Assembly: GCA_963667665.2 (NCBI GenBank)
Contig: OY763927.2
Location: 224,001 to 288,000, forward strand
Direction: 5' to 3'
Source of the DNA: Nitrosopumilus sp.
GTDB taxonomy: Archaea > Thermoproteota > Nitrososphaeria > Nitrososphaerales > Nitrosopumilaceae
DNA: 64,000 bases
Part shown: piece after piece, positions 54,725 to 64,000 of the stretch
Position numbering within the stretch: position 1 is the stretch's first letter
Layout: the number at the start of each line of letters is the position of its first letter
The notes under the pieces: model-generated
What the model saw: the letters and a program-made list of their open reading frames with translations, nothing else
What the model was told of the DNA's origin: nothing
Database searches by the model: none
Position numbers and translations under genes: made by a program

Positions 54725-57700
54725 CTATACCGCTGGCTGGCCGTTTGCGCTGTCATGTACCGTTATCTCCAGTATTCTCCAGTTGTTGCCGTTCTCAAAT
54801 ACGTCGTTGCCGGATGCCGTCACCTTGACTGTGTAGGAATCTGCATTCGGGGCGCTCTTGAACGCAAGGGTGGAGCCTGTCATCTCAAACAGGTCCGAGT
54901 CGCCGCCGGATCCAATCCCGTAGGTCAGGTTGTGGTTCCCGAGGTACAGGTTCTGTGCCGATACGGTCGTGACAATAAGCGAGTCGCCGCCTGCATCAAA
55001 GTCGGTGCCGGCAGGTACGATGTACCATGTCCCCAAATTCTGGTTGAAGGCGACGGCGTCATAGAACATGTTCCTCATGTATGTGACAGACGAGACGTCC
55101 CAGTCGTCGAGGGACTGGTTGAAGGTGTATGCGCTGTGGAACATACCGTCCATGTCGGTGACAGACGAGACGTCCCAGCCGTCGAGGAGCTGGTTGAAGG
55201 TGACAGCCTCATAGAACATGCTGCCCATGTCGGTGACAGACGAGACGTCCCAGCCTGAGAGGTTGCCGTTGAAGACGTGGGCGCTGGAGAACATACCGTT
55301 CATGGTGGTAACAGACGAGACGTCCCAGCCTGAGAGGTCATCGTTGAAGGCGTGGGCGCCAAAGAACATATATCTCATGGTGATGACAGACGAGACGTCC
55401 CAGCCTGAGAGGTCGCCGTTGAAGGCGTAGGCAGTATAGAACATGCTGCTCATGTCAGTGACAGACGAGACGTCCCAGCCGGAGAGGTCGCCGTTGATGG
55501 CTGTGGCACCGGCGAACATGCGGTTCATGTTAGTGACTCCAGACAGGTTCGGCGCGTCGGTTGCGCGGTACACCATGTTGACCGCCCCGTAAAACGATTC
55601 GTACATGGAGATCCATTTCGTGTCGCCCCACTGCTCAATCGACCTGAGCTGGCGCGCGTTTGCGTTATCGCTGTACAGGTGGATGCGCCCAAGGCCGTCA
55701 CCCAGTACGGTGACGGTGTAGGTTCCGACAGCACCGTACGTATGCGACTGGGAGCCGCCGACATTTGCACTGTAGGTGCCATCACCCCACAGGATGGAGT
55801 ATGCGCCCTTTATTGGGAGGGTTATGCTCCTGTCAGAGTTGCTGGCAGTCCAGGTGGTGATAAAGGCGGTGCCTGTCTCCTTCACGGTGACGTTCAGCGT
55901 GTCTGTGGCAGAATATGTGCCGTCATCTGCGGTAAGTACAAAGGTAAATGTGGTGTCGCCTGTGACCTGGGGCGCCGTAAAGGTGGTAGAAGACGCAGAA
56001 GCGTTGGCAAATGTGATGAGAGGGGCGGCGGCAGGACCTGTCTGCGACCATGTGTACGTTATGGAATCACCGTTGGGATCCGTGGCAGAGCCTGAGAGCC
56101 TGACGGTGTCGCCCTCCCCGACTGTCTGGTCGCCTCCGGCCTGCACCACAGGCGGGCCGCGCACCGTTATCTCCAGCATCCTCCAGTTGTTGCCGTTCTC
56201 AAATACGTTGCTACCGAATGCCGTCACGTTGGCCGTGTAGAAACCCGCATCTTGGGCGCTCCTGAACGCAAGGGTGGAACCTCTCATCTCAAACAGGTCC
56301 GAGTCGCCGCCGGATCCCATCCCGTATGTCGGGTTTTGGCCACTCAGATACGGGTTCTGTGCCGATATGGTCGTGACATCAGGCGAGGTGCCGGCAGGCA
56401 CAATGTACCATGTTCCCAGATTCTGATTGAAGGCGGTGGTGCCATTGAACATGCTACTCATGTCGGTAACAGACGAGACGTTCCAGCCGGAGATATCGCC
56501 GTTGAAGGCACTGGCGCCATTGAACATGCGGCTCATGTCAGTGACTCCTGACAGGTCCGGCGCGTCGGTTGCGCGGTACACCATGTTGACTGCCCCGTCA
56601 AATGCCTCCTCCATGACGGTCCATTTCGTGTCGCCCCACTGCTCAATCGACCTGAGTTGGAGTGCGTTTACAGTATCGTTGCGAAGGTTGACGCTCTCAA
56701 GGCCATCACCCAGTACGGTGACGGTGTAGGTTCCGGCAGCACCGTACGTGTGCGACTGGGAGCCGCTGACATCAGGGCTGTGGGAGCCGTCACCCCACAG
56801 GATGGAGTACGTGCCCATCATTGGGAGGGTTATGCTCCTGTCATAGTTGCTGGCAGTCCAGGTGGTGATAAAGGCGGTGCTCGTCTCCTTCACGGTGATG
56901 CTCAGCGTGTCTGTGGCAGACTGTGTGCCGTCATCTGCGGTAAGTACAAGGGTAAATATAGTGTCGCCTGTGACCGGGGGTGCCGTAAAGGTGGTAGAAG
57001 GCGCAGAAGCGTTGACAAGGCTGATGTCCAGTGTAGAGTCGTGGCTCCACGAGTAGGTGAGATGGTCGCCGTCAGTGTCGGTGGCGTTGCCGTTAAGGCG
57101 GATTTTGGAACCTTCTGGGACGACCTGGGCCGGCCCGGCCTCGACTGACGGCGGGTTGTTAGTCTGCGGAACCACGTCCTCGCCCACGGTTATCTCCACT
57201 ATCCTAGAGTTGCCTACGCCGAAGGAACCGGTTGACTTGATGGTCACGTTGTATTGTCCCTGCGCCACGGTCTGGTCGGCCCTTAAGGCCAGATGGGTCC
57301 CGTTCGCTATCAGGAACTTGTCGCCGTTGGTTGCGGCCCCGTCTATCGTGTATATCGGGTTCTGGTCGTTCAGAATCCAGTTCTGTGCCGCTATTCCTAT
57401 AGAGTCAGTTGAACTGGGCATGGTATCACCATCCAATACGACATACCACGCGCCCAGATTCTGGTTGAAGGATGTGGCTCTGTAGAACATATCGCTCATG
57501 TCAGTCACTCTCGAGACGTCCCAAGAGGAGATGTCGCCGTTGAAAGAGGTGGCGCCACTGAACATGCCGGCCATACGGGTGACTGACGAGACGTCCCAGC
57601 CGGAGATGTTGCCGTTGAAGGAGGAGGCGCTAAGGAACATGTAGATCATCTTGGTCACCTTCGAGACATCCCAAGTCGAGAGATCGCCGTTGAAGGAGGT

Positions 57701-60700
57701 GGCTCTGTAGAACATGGCGGTCATGTCAGTCACTTCCGAGACATCCCAAGCGGAGAGGTTGCCGTTGAAGGAGTGGGCTCTGTCGAACATGGCGCTCATG
57801 TCAGTCACCCCCGAGACGTTCCAGGCAGAGAGGTTGCCGTTGAATCTGCCGGCTTCGTGGAACATGGCGCTCATGTCAGTCACCCCCGAGACGTTCCAGG
57901 CAGATAGGTCGCCGTTGAAGGAGTTGGCGCCGTGGAACATGGCGCTCATGTCAGTCACTTCCGAGACGACCCAGGCAGAGAGGTCGCCGTTGAAGGAGGC
58001 GGCATCGTGGAACATGGCGCTCATGTCAGTCACTTCCGAGACATCCCAGGCAGAGAGGTTGCCGTTGAAGCTGCGGGTTTCGAAGAACATGCTGTCCATG
58101 TCAGTCACTCCAGAGACGTTCCAAGAGGAGAGGTCGCCGTTGAAGGAGGTGGCGCCGTGGAACACGTTGTCCATGTCCGTCACCCTCGAGACGTCCCAAG
58201 CAGAGAGGTTGCCGTTGAAGGAGGTGGTGTCGCGGAACATGCCGCTCATGTCAGTCACACCTGAGACGTTCCAAGAGGAGAGGTCGCCGTCAAAAGATAT
58301 GGCGTTGAAGAACATGTATGTCATGTCGGTGACTCCTGACAGGTCCGGCACGTCAGTTGCGCGGTACACCATGTTTGCAGCCCTGCCAAACGCCCCGTCC
58401 ATAGTGGTCCATTTCGTGTCGCCCCACTGTTCAATCGACCTGAGCTGGCGCGCGTTTGCAGAATCGTCGTACAGGCGGATGTACTCAAGGCCCTCACCCA
58501 GTACTATGACAGTGTAGGTTCCGGCAGCACCGTACGTGTGCGACTGGGAGCCGCCGACATCTGCGCTGTAGGTATCATCACCCCACAGAATGGAGTACGT
58601 GCCCTCCATCGGGAGGGTTATGCTTCTGTCAGAGTCGCTGGCAGTCCAGGTGGTGATAAAGGCGGTGCCCGTCTCCTTCACGGTGACGTTCAGCGTGTCT
58701 GTGGCAGACTGTGTGCCGTCATCTGCGGTAAGTACAAGGGTAAATACAGTGTCGCCTGTGACAGAGGGTGCCGTAAAGGTGGTAGAAGGCGCAGAAGCGT
58801 TGGCAAATGTGATGAGAGGGGTAGTAGGATCAGTCTGCGACCATGTGTACGTTATGGGATCATCGTCGGGATCCATGGCAGAGCCTGAGAGCCTGACGGT
58901 GTCGCTCTCCCCGACGGTCTGGTCATCCCCTGTCTGTACCGCAGGCGGGCCGATGGCCAGCGTGTTAGTGACGGTTTCGGTGACAGTGATGATGACATCG
59001 CCACTCCAGTCCCCGGCGGTGCCGGAGTAGCTGGCTCGCACCTTCACATTGTATGTTTCACCAGCCTCCAAGCCGGTGATGGTGTGGGCGAGATCAGTCG
59101 GGAAGGCGTTGCCGGTAGAGTCGGTCCAGGTAAGGTATGGATCGCCCACCTTGGCCCAGGATATGCGGTAGTTGGCAGGCGCCTCGCTGGGGGCAACCCA
59201 GCTTGCATCTATCGTCCCGGGGGTGGTGCTGGTCAGGATGATCCTGCCTATGTCGCGGGAGCCGAGCGGCTGTTGGGGTGTCTGTTGCGTGACCATGGAC
59301 TCGGCCGAGGGCACGCCGTCGCCTATGGAATTGGTTGCAAAGACTCGCACAGCATATGTCGTGCCGTTGGTTAATCCGGTAATCGTGTGGCTTGTTCCAG
59401 TCGTGGCAGCCTCAGACACGTCAGACGGCACCGTCCAGTCGCCGGAGGCTGCCTTCCACTGGACCGTGTATCCGGTTATGGACGAGCCGCCATCGAAGGC
59501 TGGTGCTTGCCAAGAGACATCCAGGGTGCTGCTGCTGCCCGGCGAGACGCCGATGTTGACGGGGGTACCGGGAACAGCAATCGTGTTGGTGGCAGTCTCG
59601 GCGATTGTGATGGTGACATCGCCACTCCAGTCCCCGGCGGTGCCGGAGTAGCTGGCTCGCACCTTCACATTGTATGTTTCACCAGCCTCCAAGCCGGTGA
59701 TGGTGTGGGCGAGATCAGTCGGGAAGGCGTTGCCGGTAGAGTCGGTCCAGGTAAGGTATGGATCGCCCACCTTGGCCCAGGATATGCGGTAGTTGGCAGG
59801 CGCCTCGCTGGGGATCTCCCATGTAGCATGGATGATTCCAGAGGTGACGCTGCTCAGGGTGATCCTGATTATGTCGCGGGGGCCGTGCGGGTCTGACATG
59901 TTCCACACGACAGTGTTTTTCTGGAATTGGTCTGCGATGGGATCTTGTGAGTCATCGGCGGGGATGTCCAGAATAGAAATAACGACGGCATCAGAACCGG
60001 TGGCGTTATGCTTGTCAGTAACAGTCATCGTGAAAGTGATGGTGGCATTGGATGTCACCTGAGGCACTGTAAACGACACGGACACGGACGAGGGGTTGTC
60101 CAAGGTGATCTCCAAATCAGAGTCGTGGCTCCACAAGTATGTCAGGGCATCACCGTCTGCATCGGAGGCGGTGCCGCTCAGGGTTAGGATGTCACCCTCG
60201 TTGACTGTCTGGTCCTGTCCGGCATCCACTGTAGGTGGGTTGTTGGTAGGTACGTCCTGAATAGTGATGGTTACCTGATCGGTGACATCTGTGTTGGTGC
60301 CATCAGAGACGCTCAGCACAAAGGTGACGGTAACATCCGAGTCGACTGCCGGCGCAGTAAAGGTGGTCAACTGCGAGGTGGCATTCGATACGGTGATGGG
60401 CAGGACAGAGTCGTGGCTCCACAAGTATGTCAGATGGTCGCCCTCAGGGTCTGAGGCAGTACCGCTCAGTGTGACGGCATCACCCTCGTCGACTACCTGG
60501 TCCTGTCCGGCATCCACTGTAGGTGGGTTGTTGGTAGGTACGTCCTGAATAGTGATGGTTACCTGATCGGTGACATCTGTGTTGGTGCCATCAGAGACGC
60601 TCAGCACAAAGGTGACGGTAACATCCGAGTCGACTGCCGGCGCAGTAAAGGTGGTCAACTGCGAGGTGGCATTCGATACGGTGATGGGCAGGACAGAGTC

Positions 60701-63511
60701 GTGGCTCCACAAGTATGTCAGATGGTCGCCCTCAGGGTCTGAGGCAGTACCGCTCAGTGTGACGGCATCACCCTCGTCGACTGTCTGGTCCTGTCCGGCA
60801 TCCACTGTAGGTGGGTTGTTGGTAGGTACGTCCTGAATAGTGATGGTTACCTGATCGGTGACATCTGTGTTGGTGCCATCAGAGACGCTCAGCACAAAGG
60901 TGACGGTAACATCCGAGTCGACTGCCGGCGCAGTAAAGGTGGTCAACTGCGAGGTGGCATTCGATACGGTGATGGGCAGGACAGAGTCGTGGCTCCACAA
61001 GTATGTCAGATGGTCGCCCTCAGGGTCTGAGGCAGTACCGCTCAGTGTGACGGCATCACCCTCGTCGACTGTCTGGTCCTGTCCGGCATCCACTGTAGGT
61101 GGGTTGTTGGTAGGTACGTCCTGAATAGTGATGGTTACCTGATCGGTGACATCTGTGTTGGTGCCATCAGAGACGCTCAGCACAAAGGTGACGGTAACAT
61201 CCGAGTCGACTGCCGGCGCAGTAAAGGTGGTCAACTGCGAGGTGGCATTCGATACGGTGATGGACAGGGCAGAGTCGTGGCTCCACAAGTATGTCAGATG
61301 GTCGCCCTCAGGGTCTGAGGCAGTACCGCTCAGTGTGACGGCATCACCCTCGTCGACTGTCTGGTCCTGTCCGGCATCCACTGTAGGTGGGTTGTTGGTA
61401 GGTACGTCCTGAATAGTGATGGTTACCTGATCGGTGACATCTGTGTTGGTGCCATCAGAGACGCTCAGCACAAAGGTGACGGTAACATCCGAGTCGACTG
61501 CCGGCGCAGTAAAGGTGGTCAACTGCGAGGTGGCATTCGATACGGTGATGGACAGGGCAGAGTCGTGGCTCCACAAGTATGTCAGATGGTCGCCCTCAGG
61601 GTCTGAGGCAGTACCGCTCAGTGTGACGGCATCACCCTCGTCGACTGTCTGGTCCTGTCCGGCATCCACTGTAGGTGGGTTGTTGGTAGGTACGTCCTGA
61701 ATAGTGATGGTTACCTGATCGGTGACATCTGTGTTGGTGCCATCAGAGACGCTCAGCACAAAGGTGACGGTAACATCCGAGTCGACTGCCGGCGCAGTAA
61801 AGGTGGTCAACTGCGAGGTGGCATTCGATACGGTGATGGACAGGGCAGAGTCGTGGCTCCACAAGTATGTCAGATGGTCGCCCTCAGGGTCTGAGGCAGT
61901 ACCGCTCAGTGTGACGGCATCACCCTCGTCGACTACCTGGTCCTGTCCGGCATCCACTGTAGGTGGGTTGTTTGCGCTACTGCGCACCGTTATCTCCAGC
62001 ATCCTCCAGTTGTTGCCGTTCTCAAATATGCTGTTGCCAGATGCCGTCACTTTGACCGTGTAGGAACCCACATCCGGGGTGCTCCTGAACGCAAGGGTGG
62101 ATCCTCTTATCTCAAACAGGTCCGAATTGCCGCCGGTTCCAATCCCGTAGATCGGATTTTGGTCCCTCAGATACGGGTTCTGCGCAGATATGGTTGTGAC
62201 ATCAAGCGAGCTGCCGCTTACATCAAAGTCGGTGCGGGCAGGCACGATGTACCATGTTCCCAGATTCTGGTTGAAGATTGGGGTGCCGATGAACATGCTG
62301 GGCATGGCCGTAACGGACGAGACGTCCCAGCCGGAGAGGTCGCCGTCAAAGGAGAAGGCGCCTAAGAACATGTTGCCCATGTTGGTGACAGACGAGACGT
62401 CCCAGCCGGAGATGTCGCCGTCAAAGGTGGAAGCGAAAAAGAACATACTGTTCATGTTGGTGACAGACGAGACGTCCCAGCCGGAGATGTCGCCGTTGAA
62501 AACAGAGGTGCCCTCGAACGTGTGGTACATGTTGGTGACAGACGAGACGTCCCAGCCAGAGATGTCGCCGTTGAAGGCAGAGGCACCTAAGAACATATAG
62601 GTCATGTGGGTAACAGACGAGACGTCCCAGCCGGAGAGGTTGCCGTCAAAAGAGGCGGTGTTGAAGAACATGTATGTCATGTCGGCGACTCCTGACAGGT
62701 TCGGCGTGTCAGTTGCGTGATACACCATGTTGGCCGCCCTGCCAAAAGCCCCATTCATGGTAGTCCATTTCGTGTCGCCCCACTGCTCAATCGATCTGAG
62801 CTGGCGCGCGTTTGCAGCATCACCGTGCAGGTAAATGTTCTCAAGGCCCTCACCCAGTACGGTGACGGTGTAGATTCCGGCGGCATCGTACGAGTGAAAC
62901 TGGGAGTCGTTGACATTCGGGCTGTGGGATCCATCACCCCACAGGATAGAGTACGTGCCCATCATTGGAAGGGTTATGTTCCTGTCAGAGTCGCTGACAG
63001 CCCAGGTGGTGATAAAGGCGGCGCCCGTCTCCTTTACGGTGACATTCAGCGTGTCTGTGGCAGGCTGTGTGCCGTCATGTGCGGTAAGGACAAAAGTAAA
63101 GGTGGTGTCGCCTGTGACAGAGGGCGCCGTAAAGGTGGTGGAAGATGCAGAAGCATCAGCAAACGTGATGCGAGGGGTAACAGGGCCGGTCTGCGACCAT
63201 ATGTATGTCATGGGATCGCCGTCGGTATCTGTGGCAGAGCCTGAGAGCATGACAGTATTGCCCTCCCCGACGGTCAGGTCGCCTCCTGCCTGCACCACCG
63301 GGGGCGTATTGCTTGAAACCTGCGCAAAGGCGTATCGGGGTAGCGGCACGGATGCAGTCGGATCCGGAATCGGCCAGGTGTCGCTGACCTGCAGGTAGGA
63401 CTGCAAGCTCGGCGCAGACACCTGCCAGGGTCCGCCGTCGTGCAGTGCTGCCCCCCAGCCACCTGTTATCACAAGCATTATGGCCAGTATGACTGCCAGC
63501 ACAAATGTCAT
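54725..63511 (-). CDS. Giant secreted surface protein (2928 aa): PKD/K319-like domains, four DUF285 (BspA-like) blocks, three FN3; C-terminally truncated
   Basis: Signal peptide; WDVSSVT.M..MF repeats; NNPPTVDAGQDQ repeats; W..P...Y...W...LE.G.TY.V.V.A FN3 pattern. Confidence 0.88.
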   Translation of the reverse strand: MTFVLAVILAIMLVITGGWGAALHDGGPWQVSAPSLQSYLQVSDTWPIPDPTASVPLPRYAFAQVSSNTPPVVQAGGDLTVGEGNTVMLSGSATDTDGDPMTYIWSQTGPVTPRITFADASASSTTFTAPSVTGDTTFTFVLTAHDGTQPATDTLNVTVKETGAAFITTWAVSDSDRNITLPMMGTYSILWGDGSHSPNVNDSQFHSYDAAGIYTVTVLGEGLENIYLHGDAANARQLRSIEQWGDTKWTTMNGAFGRAANMVYHATDTPNLSGVADMTYMFFNTASFDGNLSGWDVSSVTHMTYMFLGASAFNGDISGWDVSSVTNMYHTFEGTSVFNGDISGWDVSSVTNMNSMFFFASTFDGDISGWDVSSVTNMGNMFLGAFSFDGDLSGWDVSSVTAMPSMFIGTPIFNQNLGTWYIVPARTDFDVSGSSLDVTTISAQNPYLRDQNPIYGIGTGGNSDLFEIRGSTLAFRSTPDVGSYTVKVTASGNSIFENGNNWRMLEITVRSSANNPPTVDAGQDQVVDEGDAVTLSGTASDPEGDHLTYLWSHDSALSITVSNATSQLTTFTAPAVDSDVTVTFVLSVSDGTNTDVTDQVTITIQDVPTNNPPTVDAGQDQTVDEGDAVTLSGTASDPEGDHLTYLWSHDSALSITVSNATSQLTTFTAPAVDSDVTVTFVLSVSDGTNTDVTDQVTITIQDVPTNNPPTVDAGQDQTVDEGDAVTLSGTASDPEGDHLTYLWSHDSALSITVSNATSQLTTFTAPAVDSDVTVTFVLSVSDGTNTDVTDQVTITIQDVPTNNPPTVDAGQDQTVDEGDAVTLSGTASDPEGDHLTYLWSHDSVLPITVSNATSQLTTFTAPAVDSDVTVTFVLSVSDGTNTDVTDQVTITIQDVPTNNPPTVDAGQDQTVDEGDAVTLSGTASDPEGDHLTYLWSHDSVLPITVSNATSQLTTFTAPAVDSDVTVTFVLSVSDGTNTDVTDQVTITIQDVPTNNPPTVDAGQDQVVDEGDAVTLSGTASDPEGDHLTYLWSHDSVLPITVSNATSQLTTFTAPAVDSDVTVTFVLSVSDGTNTDVTDQVTITIQDVPTNNPPTVDAGQDQTVNEGDILTLSGTASDADGDALTYLWSHDSDLEITLDNPSSVSVSFTVPQVTSNATITFTMTVTDKHNATGSDAVVISILDIPADDSQDPIADQFQKNTVVWNMSDPHGPRDIIRITLSSVTSGIIHATWEIPSEAPANYRISWAKVGDPYLTWTDSTGNAFPTDLAHTITGLEAGETYNVKVRASYSGTAGDWSGDVTITIAETATNTIAVPGTPVNIGVSPGSSSTLDVSWQAPAFDGGSSITGYTVQWKAASGDWTVPSDVSEAATTGTSHTITGLTNGTTYAVRVFATNSIGDGVPSAESMVTQQTPQQPLGSRDIGRIILTSTTPGTIDASWVAPSEAPANYRISWAKVGDPYLTWTDSTGNAFPTDLAHTITGLEAGETYNVKVRASYSGTAGDWSGDVIITVTETVTNTLAIGPPAVQTGDDQTVGESDTVRLSGSAMDPDDDPITYTWSQTDPTTPLITFANASAPSTTFTAPSVTGDTVFTLVLTADDGTQSATDTLNVTVKETGTAFITTWTASDSDRSITLPMEGTYSILWGDDTYSADVGGSQSHTYGAAGTYTVIVLGEGLEYIRLYDDSANARQLRSIEQWGDTKWTTMDGAFGRAANMVYRATDVPDLSGVTDMTYMFFNAISFDGDLSSWNVSGVTDMSGMFRDTTSFNGNLSAWDVSRVTDMDNVFHGATSFNGDLSSWNVSGVTDMDSMFFETRSFNGNLSAWDVSEVTDMSAMFHDAASFNGDLSAWVVSEVTDMSAMFHGANSFNGDLSAWNVSGVTDMSAMFHEAGRFNGNLSAWNVSGVTDMSAMFDRAHSFNGNLSAWDVSEVTDMTAMFYRATSFNGDLSTWDVSKVTKMIYMFLSASSFNGNISGWDVSSVTRMAGMFSGATSFNGDISSWDVSRVTDMSDMFYRATSFNQNLGAWYVVLDGDTMPSSTDSIGIAAQNWILNDQNPIYTIDGAATNGDKFLIANGTHLALRADQTVAQGQYNVTIKSTGSFGVGNSRIVEITVGEDVVPQTNNPPSVEAGPAQVVPEGSKIRLNGNATDTDGDHLTYSWSHDSTLDISLVNASAPSTTFTAPPVTGDTIFTLVLTADDGTQSATDTLSITVKETSTAFITTWTASNYDRSITLPMMGTYSILWGDGSHSPDVSGSQSHTYGAAGTYTVTVLGDGLESVNLRNDTVNALQLRSIEQWGDTKWTVMEEAFDGAVNMVYRATDAPDLSGVTDMSRMFNGASAFNGDISGWNVSSVTDMSSMFNGTTAFNQNLGTWYIVPAGTSPDVTTISAQNPYLSGQNPTYGMGSGGDSDLFEMRGSTLAFRSAQDAGFYTANVTAFGSNVFENGNNWRMLEITVRGPPVVQAGGDQTVGEGDTVRLSGSATDPNGDSITYTWSQTGPAAAPLITFANASASSTTFTAPQVTGDTTFTFVLTADDGTYSATDTLNVTVKETGTAFITTWTASNSDRSITLPIKGAYSILWGDGTYSANVGGSQSHTYGAVGTYTVTVLGDGLGRIHLYSDNANARQLRSIEQWGDTKWISMYESFYGAVNMVYRATDAPNLSGVTNMNRMFAGATAINGDLSGWDVSSVTDMSSMFYTAYAFNGDLSGWDVSSVITMRYMFFGAHAFNDDLSGWDVSSVTTMNGMFSSAHVFNGNLSGWDVSSVTDMGSMFYEAVTFNQLLDGWDVSSVTDMDGMFHSAYTFNQSLDDWDVSSVTYMRNMFYDAVAFNQNLGTWYIVPAGTDFDAGGDSLIVTTVSAQNLYLGNHNLTYGIGSGGDSDLFEMTGSTLAFKSAPNADSYTVKVTASGNDVFENGNNWRILEITVHDSANGQPAV
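60245..61972 (-). repeat. 288-bp (96-aa) tandem repeat x6, PKD/K319-like domain
   Basis: Shadow ORFs at 60282, 60570, 60858, 61146, 61434 and 61722. Confidence 0.95.
62840..63446 (-). repeat. ~607-bp inverted repeat of 25617-26223
   Basis: The proteins are identical from LHDGGPW to VLGEGLE except G/S, D/G and V/A. Confidence 0.93.
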
Positions 63512-64000
63512 ATGGGCCGTCCTTGGAGGTACGCACCATCAGACGATCTTTTTAAAGATTGCCGAAAAATAACACCACAATTATAATCGAAAGTCATCGC
63601 TGTGATTGAATCCGCTAAGTATTTATGTTTAGATATTCAGCAAAATTTGCGCGGTGTCCAACAAATAATATACCTCATATTTAGTGTGAATGCATGCAAA
63701 AAGTATCCATGTGTGCTCTTTTTAAAGGTTTTCTGGATTTTTGTGTGCCTGTGTACGGCATTTGCCAGAGACAATGTTCCGCCAAGAAGACGGTCGAACG
63801 CATATCTGTACAATCTTTGTCACTCAGTACAGCTCTTTACCGGTTCGTTAGGGTTAATCGCAGTTACGCGCCCGAGCGTGAAAACTCAATCTGCATATCT
63901 CGCAAGTCCCTGACCTCAATCTCATGACATTCAGTCACATGGATAATCTGGAAGGCTGAAAACAATTAAACTGTCAGTAAAGATTGGTTAGCCTAGTCGT

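Noticed and set aside
20265-61972. CRISPR array
   Set aside because: All regular repeats are in-frame coding repeats without unique spacers; no cas genes.
25540-63511. Diversity-generating retroelement acting on the surface proteins
   Set aside because: No reverse transcriptase in the window and differences between repeats are not adenine-specific.
54353-63539. Plus-strand and off-frame ORFs, including 54353..55258 (301 aa)
   Set aside because: Shadows of the GC-rich 2928-aa minus-strand gene.
63602-64000. ORFs at the window end
   Set aside because: No recognisable product.

Overview
Nitrosopumilaceae-like (ammonia-oxidising archaeon) genomic window. An AT-rich core block at about 6.6-21.4 kb holds an MBL-fold nuclease, glycerate 2-kinase, an Fe-ADH resembling the HP/HB-cycle malonic semialdehyde reductase, an LLM oxidoreductase, a PNPOx-like protein, uvrBAC and a cupredoxin. 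Accessory DNA flanks it. Left (1-6.5 kb): the C-terminus of a tyrosine integrase, a second integrase remnant, and cargo genes (HEPN-like, secreted protein, TcmP/DUF5131) separated by three alternating-orientation TGCGTAATC-N8-GATTACGAA sites. Right (22-64 kb): IS debris (ISH3-like, SWIM-IS6-like, IS481-like) and two GC-rich, convergent giant surface-protein genes that share a ~607-bp near-identical 5' region. Both carry DUF285/BspA-like and PKD/K319-like domains; one is ~6200 aa with 13 proprotein-convertase P-domains inserted into Ig-like repeats, the other has FN3 domains. Between them lies an AT-rich 10-kb island in which putative defence genes are delimited by four alternating 11-7-11 imperfect palindromes, followed by a stack of four direct-orientation 3' ends of a SWIM-IS6 transposase. 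The best candidate for an undescribed system is an archaeal pdif/integron-like gene-cassette architecture with two different site families. All calls are from reading the sequence by eye; no database searches were run.
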